A stretch of 64,000 bases of DNA from Cirrosporium novae-zelandiae (GCA_026023565.1 JAPETS010000007.1:434001-498000); one strand, 5' to 3'; positions 41,839-55,435 are shown, counted from the first letter of the stretch. The notes: generated by a model not told the origin, from the sequence alone. A program made the numbers and translations.

Positions 41839-42612
41839 TAAATAATTAATTTTATAATTTAACGAAACGTCGAATTAATAATCGACGAAAAAATATAATC
41901 CCGAGTTAATATAAAAACGGAAATATTATAAAAGTCGTTTATATTTTTAATATTATTTTTGATATATTACAGCGGGCTAATCGTAATCGTAAAACAAATA
42001 ATTTCTAGAATTAAAATTCTATTATTCGTAAACGACGTGAATTTCTCGACTATCTATAGAAATCATAAATAAACCCGAAAAGCTATTTAATAAATAATAA
42101 AAACGGCGGTTTAATAAAAAATAAATAAATTAAAATTCGATATTTAAAAAACGGAAATTATAATTTTTTCTAAATTACGAAAATACCGAATTTCAATGAA
42201 TATTAAACTGAAAATTAAAATTAATAATTATCGAATCAAATATAAAAAAAATTATATACGATAATTAAATATATAATTAAATCCGAAATTTAATTTTTAA
42301 ATTTATTATATTTAGTATTTAATTAAAATCTGGCGTATAAAAAATATAATTAAATATATATATTATCGAAATAAATTATTTATAAAATTTATATATTAAA
42401 TAATTATAAGGATTATAATATTAATATATATATAAATATAAAATCTAATAAAAAAAATAAATCGGATATTAAATAAAGTTATAAAATAATTTTAATAATA
42501 TTATTTATAATATTAAAAATAAAAAATATAAATATTTAATTAAAAAAACGTATATTAATCAAATTAATTTAAATTAAATAATTATAAAATAAAAACGGAA
42601 ATAATTTAAAAA
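41839..42612 (+). mobile_element. Tad-like LINE copy G, RT to RNase H segment
   Basis: LFVND motif near 42022-42036. Ends at an atttaaaaaata microhomology junction. Confidence 0.75.
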
Positions 42613-43837
42613 ATATTTATTTATTATCCCGAAATACAATAATTATATAAATAATACCGGAAAAATACCACCAAAAACGGATACGAATCGGATTCATATT
42701 AAAAAAATATATTATTTTAATTAAAATAGGTTTTCCGTTAATAATATATAAAAAATAAAAAACCGAAAATTATTATTTAATAAAATATAAATTTCAATAT
42801 ATTAAATAATTTACGTTAAAAATAAATAAAAGGTATTTAAAATATATTTAATTAAAATATAAAAATAAAGTTTTTAAATATACGATATACGCGGAAATAT
42901 ACGAAATATAAAACCACCGGTATCGGATAACAGAATATAAACCCGTATATATAAAGGTTTATATATATATTGTATTGAAATATACAAATTATCTAGGCCC
43001 CTATATAGCCACGGACGGAAAATATTCAGCGGCCTGAAAAATCGAGATAGAATATACGAGAAAAAAACGTCGAAAAAATATTATATAATTATTTTACGTA
43101 TTAATTTTTCTAAAAAAAAAAAAATCTATAAAATTTTTATTAAAAATTAAAAACCTCTAAATCAAAAATTTTAAAAAAAATTAAAAAAAAATATAAATAA
43201 TACCCGAAATATTAATAATATCCGTATTATAAATAAATAATAATATATCCGAATTATAAATAAAAATATTATAATATAACGATTATAATTCTAAAATCGA
43301 TTATATAAATTAAAATAAATATAATATTATTATAAAAATTTAATTAAAAATTAAAAAAAAAAATATTATATTTAATATAAAATTTTTATTAATCCGAATT
43401 AAAAATTTAAATGAAAAATAAAATCGTAAAAACGGTTATTATTATATATAAAAACCGAAAAAATATTATTTTTAAAATAACCGTAAAAACCGATCTAATT
43501 AATTATTTTTATTTTATAACGTTGGATATCAATTTAATAAACGTAAATAAAAAAATAAAAAACCCGATTAAAATAATTAATATTTATAATTAAAAATTAA
43601 AAAACGTATATTTCGAAAAATAAGACCGATAATAAAAATTTAAAAAAATTTTATAAAATATAAAATAAAAATCTATTTTTAATAAAAATAAAATAATATT
43701 AATAAAAAATTTCAATATTTATAATTTAATATAAAAACCCGAATAAATTATTTATATAAATAATACGTTTTTAATAATATTTATAAAAAAATAAAATTTA
43801 ATTATATAAAATAATGCCGTTTAAAACATTTAATTCG
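42605..43837 (+). mobile_element. Tad-like LINE fragment O (mid-ORF1 to APE domain)
   Basis: Colinear with ~9030-10318 of copy C. Zinc-knuckle region at 42880-43035. Confidence 0.8.
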
Positions 43838-44430
43838 TAAATATATCGATTATATTTCGATTGTATTTCGATTTAAATTAATTTTTATATAATTTATTTA
43901 GATTTTTATATATATCCGTTAATATATTTATTATAATTTTTTCGAATATTTTATTTAAATAATATAATAAATTTATTATTTTATAATTTTTAATTAATAT
44001 TTTATTGGTTTTTCTGGGTTTAAATAATAATATCCCCCGGATATATTTTTATTACGCCGGGTAATATTTTAACCGAAAATAATATCGGATTATTTCCGTT
44101 ATTCTACTGGGGTTTTATTCCTATAATATACGTAGCGCCCTAAATTAGATTCCGTTATACCCTAAGGTTTTATTCGTATTTTGTACGTATAACGCTTTCC
44201 GTACCGTCTTTTCGGACAGTTGTTGGGCGAATACCCCCCCTATCGAAAGCCGGGGTTCGGGGCTTTCTGGGGGTGGCGTGAAAACTCGCTCCCGTATAAA
44301 GGCCTCTTTATCTTTGGTCTCTACCGCTACCCTCCCGTCTTCCATGCGGAGCGCCGGTGTCGGGTCTCGGTTTTGGGGCTTGCAATATTTCAGTGCCTTC
44401 CATCCCCGCTGAATACCTTCGGGGCCTAAA
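43838..44430 (-). mobile_element. Tad-like LINE fragment P (pre-RT region of ORF2) with a weakly RIP-ed edge
   Basis: The minus-strand ORF 44145-44345 ends KALYVQNTNKTLGYNGI, matching the KAPG.DGI motif that precedes LINE RT domains. Confidence 0.85.
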
Positions 44431-45022
44431 AAATTTATAAAATTAATTAAAATTAAAAAAAAATAATTTAAATAAATTTTTATATCCCGAAAATATTTAA
44501 CGGGAAAAAAAAATATTAAGATATTATAAATTTTAAAACCGAAATCCGATATTAATATTTTATATAAAAAACGGGAGAATAATAATAGAAACTAAAAATA
44601 AAATTTTTTTATTATTTCTAAAAAATCCCGAATTTTAATTTTTAATTAAAAAAATATTCGTCTAATAATTATCCGAAAAAATAATATAGAAAATATTATA
44701 TATATTATAACAATAAAATTTGAATAAAATAATAAAAATAATTTAATATTATTTCCGATTAAAATATTGTCCGATATAATAAAAATATATTTAAAAAATA
44801 TTATTATTTAAATTTAAAAAAACCAATAAAATATTGATTAAAAAAATATTTAATTATAGATTAAAATTCAGATTATTATAATATTTAAAATAATTAAAAA
44901 TTAATAAAAATATTATTAAATAAATAATTAATTTTATAATTTAATAAAATATTCAATTAATAATCGATAAAAAAATATAATTCTAAATTAATATAAAAAT
45001 AAAAATATTATAAAAATTATTT
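44428..45022 (+). mobile_element. Tad-like LINE fragment (pre-RT to RT, deleted); probably the continuation of O
   Basis: Colinear with ~10820-11725 of copy C, with gaps. Confidence 0.7.
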
Positions 45023-45048
45023 CCCTGCATTGGGCAAAAATACAGGGG

Positions 45049-45603
45049 GTGCCCCTAGAAATATTTGGGGGTCCAGATGGGCTAAATCTAATAAGAAAAG
45101 ACCTAGAAAGTGCTTATCAACTACCCCGAGACACGGTAGTCGCATGGGTGACACCAGAGAAATACCGCCAGAAACGGGTACGAACCGGGCTTGTATTAGG
45201 GAGATATACTACGTCGGTCAAAATAAGGCTCCAGTTTATAATATACGAAAAATAGAGAATCGAAAACTATTATTTGGCGGGACGCAAATTTCGATATATT
45301 CGATAGTTCACGCTAGGAGTAAATAAAGCGTGCCTAAAATACGTTTAATTGGGGTATAAATTATTCCTGGAATATAAGGATAGAGCCTTTAGATACACTA
45401 TATACACGGAAATACACGAAACGCAAAACCATCGGTGTCGGATAATAGAATATAAACCCGCGTATACGGGAGTTTATATATATATTTTATTGAAATATAT
45501 AAATTATTTAGGCCCCTATATAGCCACGGACGGAAAATACCCAGCTGCCCGAAAGGCAGGGACAGAATATATAAGGAAAAAACGCCGAAAAAACGTTATA
45601 TAA
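45049..45603 (+). pseudogene. ORF1 (gag-like nucleic-acid-binding protein), C-terminal part with Cys/His knuckles, RIP-disrupted
   Basis: Reads ACLKYV*LGY...EY...RYTIYTEIHETQNHRC...KYINYLGPYIATDGKYP. Reversing Tyr to Cys/His gives C..C...GH....C, C..C...H.....C and KC.NC.GPH.ATD.KCP, typical of Tad/I-group ORF1. Confidence 0.85.
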
Positions 45604-45795
45604 TCGTTTTATATATTTATTTTTTTAAAAAAAAAAATAAATCTATAAAATTTTAATTAAAGATTAAAAACCCCTAAACCAGAAACCCAAGAAAAAATAA
45701 AAGAAAAAACGTAAATAATATCCGAAATACCGATAATACCGAAAATACCGGTAATATCCGTATTACAAATAAATAACGATATATCCGAATTATAA

Positions 45796-48700
45796 ATAAA
45801 AATATTATAATATAATTATTATAAAAAATACGATATAACAATTATAATTCTAAAATCGGTTATATAAACCGGAACGGATATAATATTATTATAGGAATCT
45901 GGCCAAAAATTAAAAAAAAATATATTATATTTAATATAAAATTTTTATTAGCCCGAATTAAGATTTTAAACGAGGAATAAAATTATAAAAACGATTATTA
46001 TTATATATAAAAATTAAAAAAATATTATATTTAAAATAATCGTAAAAACCGATTTAATTAATTATTTTTATTTCGTAACGCTAGATATTAATAAAATAAA
46101 TATAAATAAAAAAATAAAAAATTTAATTAAAATAATTAACGTCTACGATCAAAAATTAAAAAATATATATTTTTAAAAATAAAATCGATAATAAAAATTT
46201 AAAAAAATTCTATAAAATATAAAATAAAAATTTATTTTTAATAAAAATAAAATAATATTAATAAAAAATTTTAATATTTATAATTTAATATAAAAATCCG
46301 AATAAATTATTTATATAAACGACGCGCTTTTAATAATATTTATAGAAAAATAGAATTTAATTATATAAAATAATATTATGTAAAATATTTGATTCGAAAA
46401 AAAATCGGTTTATTATTTAATAATTAATTTAATAATAATTAATCCCGTTATAAAATTATTTTAGAAATAATTAATAAATACGATAATTAATAACGTAAAT
46501 AATAAATTAAAAAAAAAAAAAAATAAATCGATTTTTTTTAAATATATATAAAAAAAAACGATTTAAATAAATTTTTAAATCCCGAAAATATTTAACGAAA
46601 ATAAAAAATATTAAAATATTATAAATTTTAAAACTAAAATCCGATACCGGTATTTCGTATAAAAAACGGGAAAATAACGATAGAAATTAAAAATCAAAAA
46701 ATTTTTATATAAAAACGAATATTTCTATTATTTTTAAAAAATTTTAAATTTTAATTTTTGATCGGGAGAATGTTCGTTTAATAATTATCCGAAAAAACGA
46801 TACGAAAAACGTTATACGTATAAAATACGAATAAAATTTTAAAATATAATAATATTTAATTTAAAACGTTATATATATTATAATAATAAAATTCTAATAA
46901 AATAATAAAAATAATCCGATATTATTTCCGATTAAAATATTATTCGATATAATAAAAATATATTTAAAAAATATTATTATTTAAATCCGGAAAAATCGAT
47001 AAAATATTAATTAAAAATTATAAAATAATAAATTTATTATATTATTTAAATAAAATAATCGAAAAAATCGTAATTAACGCGTTAATAAATATATATAAAA
47101 ATCTAAATAAATTATATAAAAATTAATTTAAATCGAAATATAATCGGAACGTAATCGATATATTTACGTATTTAATATATCGAATAAAAAAAATATTTAA
47201 TCGAAAATAAATAATTTATATTTTATTTATAAACGTAAAAAAAACGTTTAATTATATATTATAATTTAAATTAATATAATATTTAAAATAATTAAAAATT
47301 AATAAAAATATTATTAAATAAATAATTAGTTTTATAATTTAATAAAACGTCGAATTAATAATCGACGGAAAAATATAATCCTGAATCAATATAAAAACGG
47401 GGGTATTATAAAAATCACCCGTATCCTTAATATTATTTTTAATATATTGTAGCGGGCTATTCGCAGCCGTAAAATAAACGATTTTTAGAATTAAAGTTTT
47501 ATTATTTATAAACGACGTAAATTTCTCGACTATCTATATAAATAATAAATAAACCCGGAAAATTATTTAATAAATAACGAAAACGGCGGTTTGATAAAAA
47601 AAAAAAATAAATTAAAATTATAACGTTTTTTAAATTACGTAAATATTAAATTTAAATAAATACGAAATTAAAAATTAAAATCGATAATTATTAGATTAAA
47701 TATAAAAAAAATTATATACGGTAATTAAATATATAATTAGATCCGAAATTTAATTTCTAAATTTATTATATCCAACGTTTAATTAAAATTAAACGCGCGG
47801 AAAACGTAATTAAATATATATATTATTAAAACGGGTTATTTATAGGGTTTACGTATTAAATAACCGTAACGACGATAATATTAATCTATATATACGGATA
47901 CGAGATTTGGTGGAAAAAGCAGATCGGGTACTAAATAGAATTTCAAAAACTATTGAATAGATTTATAAAATTAATAACAGAAATTTATAAAATAATTCTA
48001 ATAATAATAATTATATAAAAAATCTATATATATTTTATAAACGTAATATTAAATATTATATAAAAAAAATATAGATTTTAATATTTTTAAAAAATTAAAA
48101 AAAATTTAACGAATCTAATATTATCGATAATATTTAAAATAAAAAATATAAATAATTAATTAAAAAAATAATTATTAAAAAATTTTTAATAAATTTAAAA
48201 AATTAAAAAAATATATTAAATTAATATTTAATTATAACGATAATTTAAAAAATAATAAATTTAAATTTTAAAATCGAAAAAATTTAAATAATTTAAAAAA
48301 ATAGATTTTTAAAAAAAATAATATTTCTAAAATAATAAATTTTTAACGAAATATTAATATAAAATTAAAAAAACGTATATTAATCGAATAAATTTAAATT
48401 AAAAAACCGTAAAATAAAAACGGGAATAATTTAAAAAATAACCGAAAAAATTTTATAAACGATACAAAAATATTATTTAAATTAAAATAAAAAAATATTC
48501 GATATAAAATTTTAAAAAATATAAATAATTTTATAAATAATAATTAAAACGTATCTAAATAATTATAAAATTTTTAAAAAAAAAATAATAATATTATTTA
48601 ATTCGTAAACGATTATTAAACGGATCGAAAAAAAAAATTAAAAAAAAATTAAACGATTATATAAAAAATATATGAATATATTAAATATTTAATCGATTAA

Positions 48701-49390
48701 AAAACGAAAATTATTATTAAATAAATTTTAAAATATTATAAAATATTAAAAAATAAAATAATAAATTAAATAATTAAAATAAATACAACGTTAAAAAAAA
48801 ATAAAATAATCGAATAAATTTCGTTAATTTATATAATCCGTAATATAACGGAAAAATAAATTATAAAAATATATAATTAATTATATAATTAAAAAATAAA
48901 AAAATCGTCCGATAAATCGTATCGAATACACCCGAAATATAAAAAAAATCGGGTATTAAAATACGCGCCTAAAAAATTAATAAATAAATTTTATTAAATA
49001 AAAACGGGGCACGCTATTACCGGAAAATATATATATTGTATAAAAATTATTATTACCCCGGAATATTAATAATACGGGGCCCCGTATTAAAACGTTTTTT
49101 ATTTAATATTAATATACCCGCGCTAAAGAACGGTTAAAACCTGATTATAGGGAATAATAGAAAAATAAAGGGGCTAATAATCTAATATAACCGAAAAAAA
49201 AAAACTAATATTCGTATTAAAAAACCGAAGATTCTCTAAAAATTGGGTGCGTTTTTTAGGCGATACGGAAATAGGGAAACCCCAGTTTTAGACCAGATAC
49301 AAAACGGAAAATCGTAAAACGTACCTAGATTGGGGGTAAATAAAACCCGGACACGGGAAGAAAAAAAACCCAGACGTAAATATTAAATAA
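45796..49390 (+). pseudogene. ORF2 pol (APE endonuclease - reverse transcriptase - RNase H - CCHC finger), RIP-disrupted
   Basis: IKIL*YNYYK (= ILQ.NC), DIILL*ES (= DIILLQEP), IINVYD, KNFNIY (= GDFN.H), GVL*KSPVSLILF, FIND, and KTGHAITG...EY**YGAPY*...YL...YPR (= TGH...CWWC...H...CPR). Stop at 49388-49390. Confidence 0.88.
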
Positions 49391-49717
49391 AAACTAGGCC
49401 CGTAATAGATACGTGGGATAAACGTATACATGAACAAAAATTAAAAAAATCGAAAATAAATACGAATAAACCTATTTATAGATTACGAACACCGAAATAG
49501 CGCTAAAAAACTATCCGGTTAAATAAATCAGGTGATTCTAGGAAACCCAAAAAGGGGGGGAAACTATATAGCCGAACCAGAGGGGTGACCCCCACCACTT
49601 TAGCTAAAAATAAGCCCGAAAAAGGATACGAAAAGGTCTAAAAACCCCCGAGTAGAGTCCGTTATAGCTTCTAAATGGTATATGGACATAAAACAATGAA
49701 TAATCATTATCATCATC

Positions 49718-49812
49718 AAAATCCGGTATATAAAAAATATAATTAAATATATATATTACCGAAACGGATTATTTATAGAATTTATATATTAAATAATTAT
49801 AACGATTATAAT
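49718..49812 (+). mobile_element. Tad-like LINE copy S, first segment (post-RT), directly after the Q tail
   Basis: Matches ~12150-12245 of C. Interrupted by R. Confidence 0.75.
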
Positions 49813-51398
49813 GATGATAATAATAATTATTTATTATTTTATATCTATATATTATTCAGAAACTATAACGGACTTTATTCGGGGGTTTTCAGATTTTTTT
49901 ATATTTTTTTTCGGGTTTATTTTTAATTATAATAATAGGGGTTATTTTTCTAATTCGGTTATATAATTTCCCCTTTTTTTTAGATTTTTTAGAATTATTT
50001 AATTTATTTAACTGGAAAATTTTTTAATATTATTTCGGTATTCGTAATTTATAAATAGATTTATTTATATTTATTTTCGATTTTTTCAGTTTTTATTTAT
50101 ATATATATTTATCCCGTATTTTTATTACGGGTCTAATTTTTATTTAATATTTATTTCTGAATCGTTTTTTTTTTCGTGTCCGGATTCTATTTATTTTTAA
50201 TTTAAATATATTTTACGATTTTCCGTTTCGTATCTAATTTAATATTAAAGTTTTTTTATTTCTGTATCGTTTAAAAAACGTATTTAATTTTTAAAAAATT
50301 TTTAATTTTTTAATACGAATATTAAATTTTTTTTTTTGATTATATTAAATTATTAATTTTTTTATTTTTTTATTATTTTTTATAATCGGGTTTTAGCCGT
50401 TTTTCAGCGCGGATATATTAATATTAAATAAAAAACGTTTTAATATAAAATTCTATATTATTAATATTCTAGAATAATAATAATTTTTGTACGATATATA
50501 TATTTTTTAATAACGATATATTCCGTTTTTATTTAATAAAATCTATTTATTAGTTTTTTAAATATATATTTTAATATCCGATTTTTTTTATATTTCGGAT
50601 ATATTCGATAAAATCTATTAAACGATTTTTTTATTTTTTAATTATATAATTAATTATACGTTTTTATAATCCGTTTTTTTATTATATTATAAATTATATA
50701 AATTAACGAAATTTATTCGATTATTTTATTATTTTTTAACGACGCGTTTATTTTAATCGTTTAATTTATTATTTCGTTTTTTAATATTTTATAATATTTT
50801 AAAATTTATTTAATAATAATTTTCGTTTTTTAATCGATTAAATATTTAATATATTCGTATATTTTTTATATAATTATTTAATTTTTTTTTAATTTTTTTT
50901 TTTCGATCCGTTTAATAATCGTTTACGAATTAAATAATAATATTATTATTTTTTTAGGGGTTTTATAATTATTTAAATATATTTTAGCCGTTATTTATAG
51001 GACCGTTTACGCCCCCCAAAATTCTATATCGAATATTTTTTTATTTTAATTTAAATAATATTTCCGTATCGTTTATAAGATTTTTTCGGCTATTTTCTAG
51101 ATTATTCCTATTTTTATTTTGCGGTTTTTTAGTTTAGATCCGTCCGACCAATATACGTTTCTCCAGTCCTACGTTAACGCTTCGCTGAAGGTTTACTATT
51201 CTAAAAATATTATTATTTTTTTTCAAAACCTATTTTTTTCGGGTATTTGGGCTTTTTCGACCCCAAAACTCGGGTCTATTACCCTTTAGACTGTCGTTAT
51301 AGCCAAATATTGGCCTAATATATCCCCTTTGGTCTTCTGGGTCCATTAGAGGTCTTCCAGCGGTTGTTCCCCTGGTTGGGCGCCTGCGTCTCCCACCC
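49813..51398 (-). mobile_element. Tad-like LINE copy R, 5'-truncated (~1.6 kb), nested in S
   Basis: Perfect 16-bp TSD ttataacgattataat at 49797-49812 and 51399-51414. The GC-rich 5' edge has the intact RNase H motif VYWSDGSKL on the minus strand near 51130-51156. Confidence 0.93.
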
Positions 51399-52555
51399 TT
51401 ATAACGATTATAATATTAATTTATATATATAAATATAAAATCTAATAAAAAAAATAAATTAAATATTAAATAAAATTTTAAAAATTATTAAATAAATTTA
51501 TAAAATTAATAATAAAAATTTATAAAATAATTTTAATAATTACGATTATATAAAAAATCTATATATATTTTATAAATATAATATTAAATATTATATAAAA
51601 AAAAATTTAAATTTAAATATTTTTAAAAAATTAATAAAACTTTAATAAATCTAATATTATTAATAATATTTAAAATTAAAAATATAAATATTTAATTAAA
51701 AAGATAATTATTAAAAAATTTTTAATAAATTTAAAAAATTAAAAAAAATATATTAAATTAATATTTAATTATAATAATAATATAAAAAATAATAAATCTG
51801 AATTTTAAAATTAAAAAAATTTTAATAATTAAAAAAAATAATATTTTTAAAATAATAGATTTTTAATAAAATATTAATATAAAATTAAAACAATATATTA
51901 ATTAAACAGATTTACCTTAGAAAACCGTAAAATAAAAATAGAAATAATTTAAAAAATAACCGAAAAAATTGTATAAATAATACGGAAATACTATCTAAAT
52001 TAAAATAAAAAAACATTCGATATAGAATTTTAGGGGGTATAAACGGCCCTAAAAATAATAATTAGAATATACCCGAATAACTATAAAATCTTTAAAAAAT
52101 AAATAATAATATTATTTAATTTATGAATAATTATTAAATAAATCGAAAAAAAAAAATTAAAAAAAAACTAAATAATTATATAAAAAATATATAAATATAC
52201 TACATATTTAATAAATTAAAAAATAAAAATCGTTATTAAATAAATTTTAGAATATTATAAAATATTAAAAAATAAAATAATAAATTAAAGAATTAAAATA
52301 AATATAATATTAAAAAATAATAAAAAAATCGAATAAATTTTATTAATTTATATAATTTATAATATAATCGAAAAATAAATTATAAAAATATATAATTAAT
52401 TATATAATTAAAAAATAAAAAAATTAAAAAATAAATTTTATTAAATATATTTAAAATATAAAAAAAATCGGATATTAAAATATATATTTAAAAAACTGAT
52501 AAATAAATTCTATTAAATAAAAACGGGGTACGCCGTTATTAAAGAATATATATAT
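51399..52555 (+). mobile_element. Tad-like LINE copy S, second segment (RNase H to the TGH motif)
   Basis: Resumes after the TSD of R. Breaks at acggggtacgccgttattaaagaatatatatat. Confidence 0.85.
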
Positions 52556-53785
52556 GACGCGCTAGCGGATATATGCGAAAGCCTGAATAAGCTGCATGAT
52601 GGCCAATTTGGGTCGAGGCGTAACCGGAGCGCAGTCGATGCGCTTGCGTGTCTGACACACCAAATAAAGGAGGGGTTTAACCGAAAACAAGTGATTTACA
52701 CCTTATTTATAGACGTGAAAAAGGCGTTTAATTATATATTACGGTTTAAATTAATATAATATCTAAAATAATTAGAAATCGATAAAAATATTATTAGATA
52801 GATAGCTAATTTTATAATTTAATAAAATATCGAATTGGTGATCGACGGAGAAATATAATCCCGAATTAATATAGAAACGGGGGTATTATAAAAATCATCC
52901 GTATCCCTAATATTATTCCTAATATATTGCAGCGGGCTATTCGTAGCCGTAAAACAGGCGGTCCCTAAAATCAAAACTCTATTATTTATAGACGACGTAA
53001 ATTTCTCGACCACTTATATAAATAATAAATAAGCCCGGAAAATTATTTAATAAATAATAAAAATAACGGTCTAATAAAAAAAAAATAAACTAGAATTTAA
53101 TATTTATAAAACTGAGATTATAGTTTTTTTTAAATTATATAAATACTAAATTTAAATAAATATTAAACTAAAAATTAAAATCGATAATTATTTAATCGAA
53201 TATAAAAAAAATTATATACGGTAATTAAATATATAATTAAACCCGAAATTTAATTTTTAGATTTATTACGTTTAGCGGTTAATTAAAACCCGACGTATAA
53301 AAAACGCAATTAAATATATATATTACCGAAACGGGCTATTTACGGAATTTATACGCCAGATAATTATAACGATTATAATATTAATTTATATATACGGGTG
53401 TAAAATCTGGTGGAGAAAACAAACCGGTTATCAGATAGAATTTCAAAAATTATTAAATAAATTTATTAAATTAATAATAAAGATTTATAAAACAGCCCTA
53501 ATAAAAGTAATTATATAAAAAATCTATATATATTTTATAAACGTAATATTAAATACCGCGCAGAAAAAATATAGATTTCGTTATTTTTAAAAAACCGAAA
53601 AAAATTCAACGAATCTAATATTATCGATAACGTTTAAAATAAAAAACGTAAACGTTTAATTAAAAAAATAACCATTGGAAAATCTCTAATAAATCTAGAA
53701 AACAAAAAATAATACGTTAAACCAATATTTAATTATAACGATAATCAAAAAATAATAAACCCGAGCTTTAAAATCGAAAAAACCC
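52556..53785 (+). mobile_element. Tad-like LINE copy T, 5'-truncated in RT, first segment
   Basis: The unmutated edge translates DALADICESLNKLHDGQFGSRRNRSAVDALACLTHQIKEGFNRKQVIYTLFIDVKKAFNY, containing the RT Q.GF/SR and D...AFD motifs. Confidence 0.92.
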
Positions 53786-55435
53786 TGGGCTTCGGTGCCT
53801 CCAAAAAAGCCGAAAAAGACCCAACGAACCTAATACTGCCGATAACGCTTAGGGTGGGGGACGCAGGCGCCCAATCAGGGGAACAACCGCTGGAAAACCT
53901 CCAATAAACCCAGAAAACCAAAAAGGACACGTTAGGCCAATATTTAGCTATAACGACAGCCTAAGAAATAATAAATCCGAGTTTTAAGATCGAAAAAACC
54001 TAAATAACCGAAAAAAATAGATTTTTAAAAAAAATAATAATATCTCCAGAATAATAGGCCTTCAGCGAGGCGCTAGCGCAGAACTAAAAAAACGTATATT
54101 AATCGGACGGATTTAAACTAAAAAACCGTAAAATAAAAATAGGAATAATCTAGAAAATAACCGAAAAAATTTTATAAATAATACGGAAATATTATCTAAA
54201 TCAAAATAAAGAAATATTCGATATAGAATTTTAGAAAACGTAAACGGTTTTATAAATAGCGGTTAGGGCGTACCCAAATAACTATAAAATCCCCGGAAAA
54301 AAAATAATAATATTATTTGATTCGTAAACGACTATCAAACGGATCGAAAAAAAAAAATTAAAAAAAAATTAAATAATCGTATAAAAAATATACGAATATA
54401 CTAAATATCTAATAAATTAAAAAACGAAAATCGTTATTAAATAAATTTTAAAATATTATGAAATATTAAAAAACGAAATAATAAATTAAACGGCTAAAAT
54501 AAATATAATATTAAAAAATAATAAAATAATCGAATAAATTTTATTAATTTATATAATTTATAATATAACGAAAAAACGGATTATAAAAACGTATAATTAA
54601 TTATATAATTAAAAAATAAAAAAATCGTTTAATAAATTTTATCGAATATATTTAAAATATAAAAAAAATCGGATATTAAAATATACGTCTAAAAAATTAA
54701 TAAATAAATCTTATTAAATAAAAACGGGGTATACTATTATTAAAAAATATATATATCGTACGAAAATTATTATTATCCCGGAATATTAATAATATAAAAT
54801 TTTATATTAAAATATATTTTATTTAATATTAATATACCCGCGTTAAAGAATAATTAAGGCCCGTTTATAAGAAATAATAAAAAAACGGGGGAATCAATAA
54901 TCTAATATAACCGAAAAAAAAAAACTAATATTCGTATTAAAAAACCGAAAATCTTTTAAAAATTAAATACGTTTTTTAAATAATACGGAGATAGAGAAAC
55001 CCCAGTTCTAAACCAGATACGAAACGAAAAATCGTGAGACGTACCTGGAGTAGGGGTGGGTAGAACCCGGATACGGGAGGGAAAACGATCCAGAAATAAG
55101 TATTAAATAAAAACTGGGCCCGTAATAAAAACGCGGGATAAACGTATACGTAAATAAAAACGGAAAAAAATCGAAAATAAATACGAATAAATCTATTTAT
55201 AAATTACGAACACCGAAATAATATTAAAAAATTATCCGGTTAGATAAATCAGGTAATTCTAGGAAACCCAAAAAAAGGGGGGAAACTATATAGCCGAACC
55301 AGGGGGGTAACCCCCACCACCGTAGTTAAAAATAAGCCCGAAAGGGGATACAAAAAGGCCTAAAAACCCCGAGTAGAGTCCGTTATAGTTTTTAAGCGAT
55401 ATATGGATATAAAACAATGAATAATCATCATCATC
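53786..55435 (+). mobile_element. Tad-like LINE copy U, 5'-truncated (~1.65 kb), nested in T
   Basis: Perfect 14-bp TSD aatcgaaaaaaccc at 53772-53785 and 55436-55449. Tail aatcatcatcatc. Confidence 0.93.

Larger units (their letters stand above)
45023..49717 (+). mobile_element. Tad-like LINE copy Q, 5'-truncated in ORF1 (~4.7 kb; ~0.4-kb deletion near 46510)
   Basis: GC-rich 5' edge. Best-preserved 3' end ...ggacataaaacaatgaataatcattatcatcatc. Confidence 0.9.

Noticed and set aside
13660..53860. Scattered TTAGGG/CCCTAA hexamers as telomeric repeats
   Set aside because: Only isolated single hexamers inside LINE sequence; no tandem arrays.
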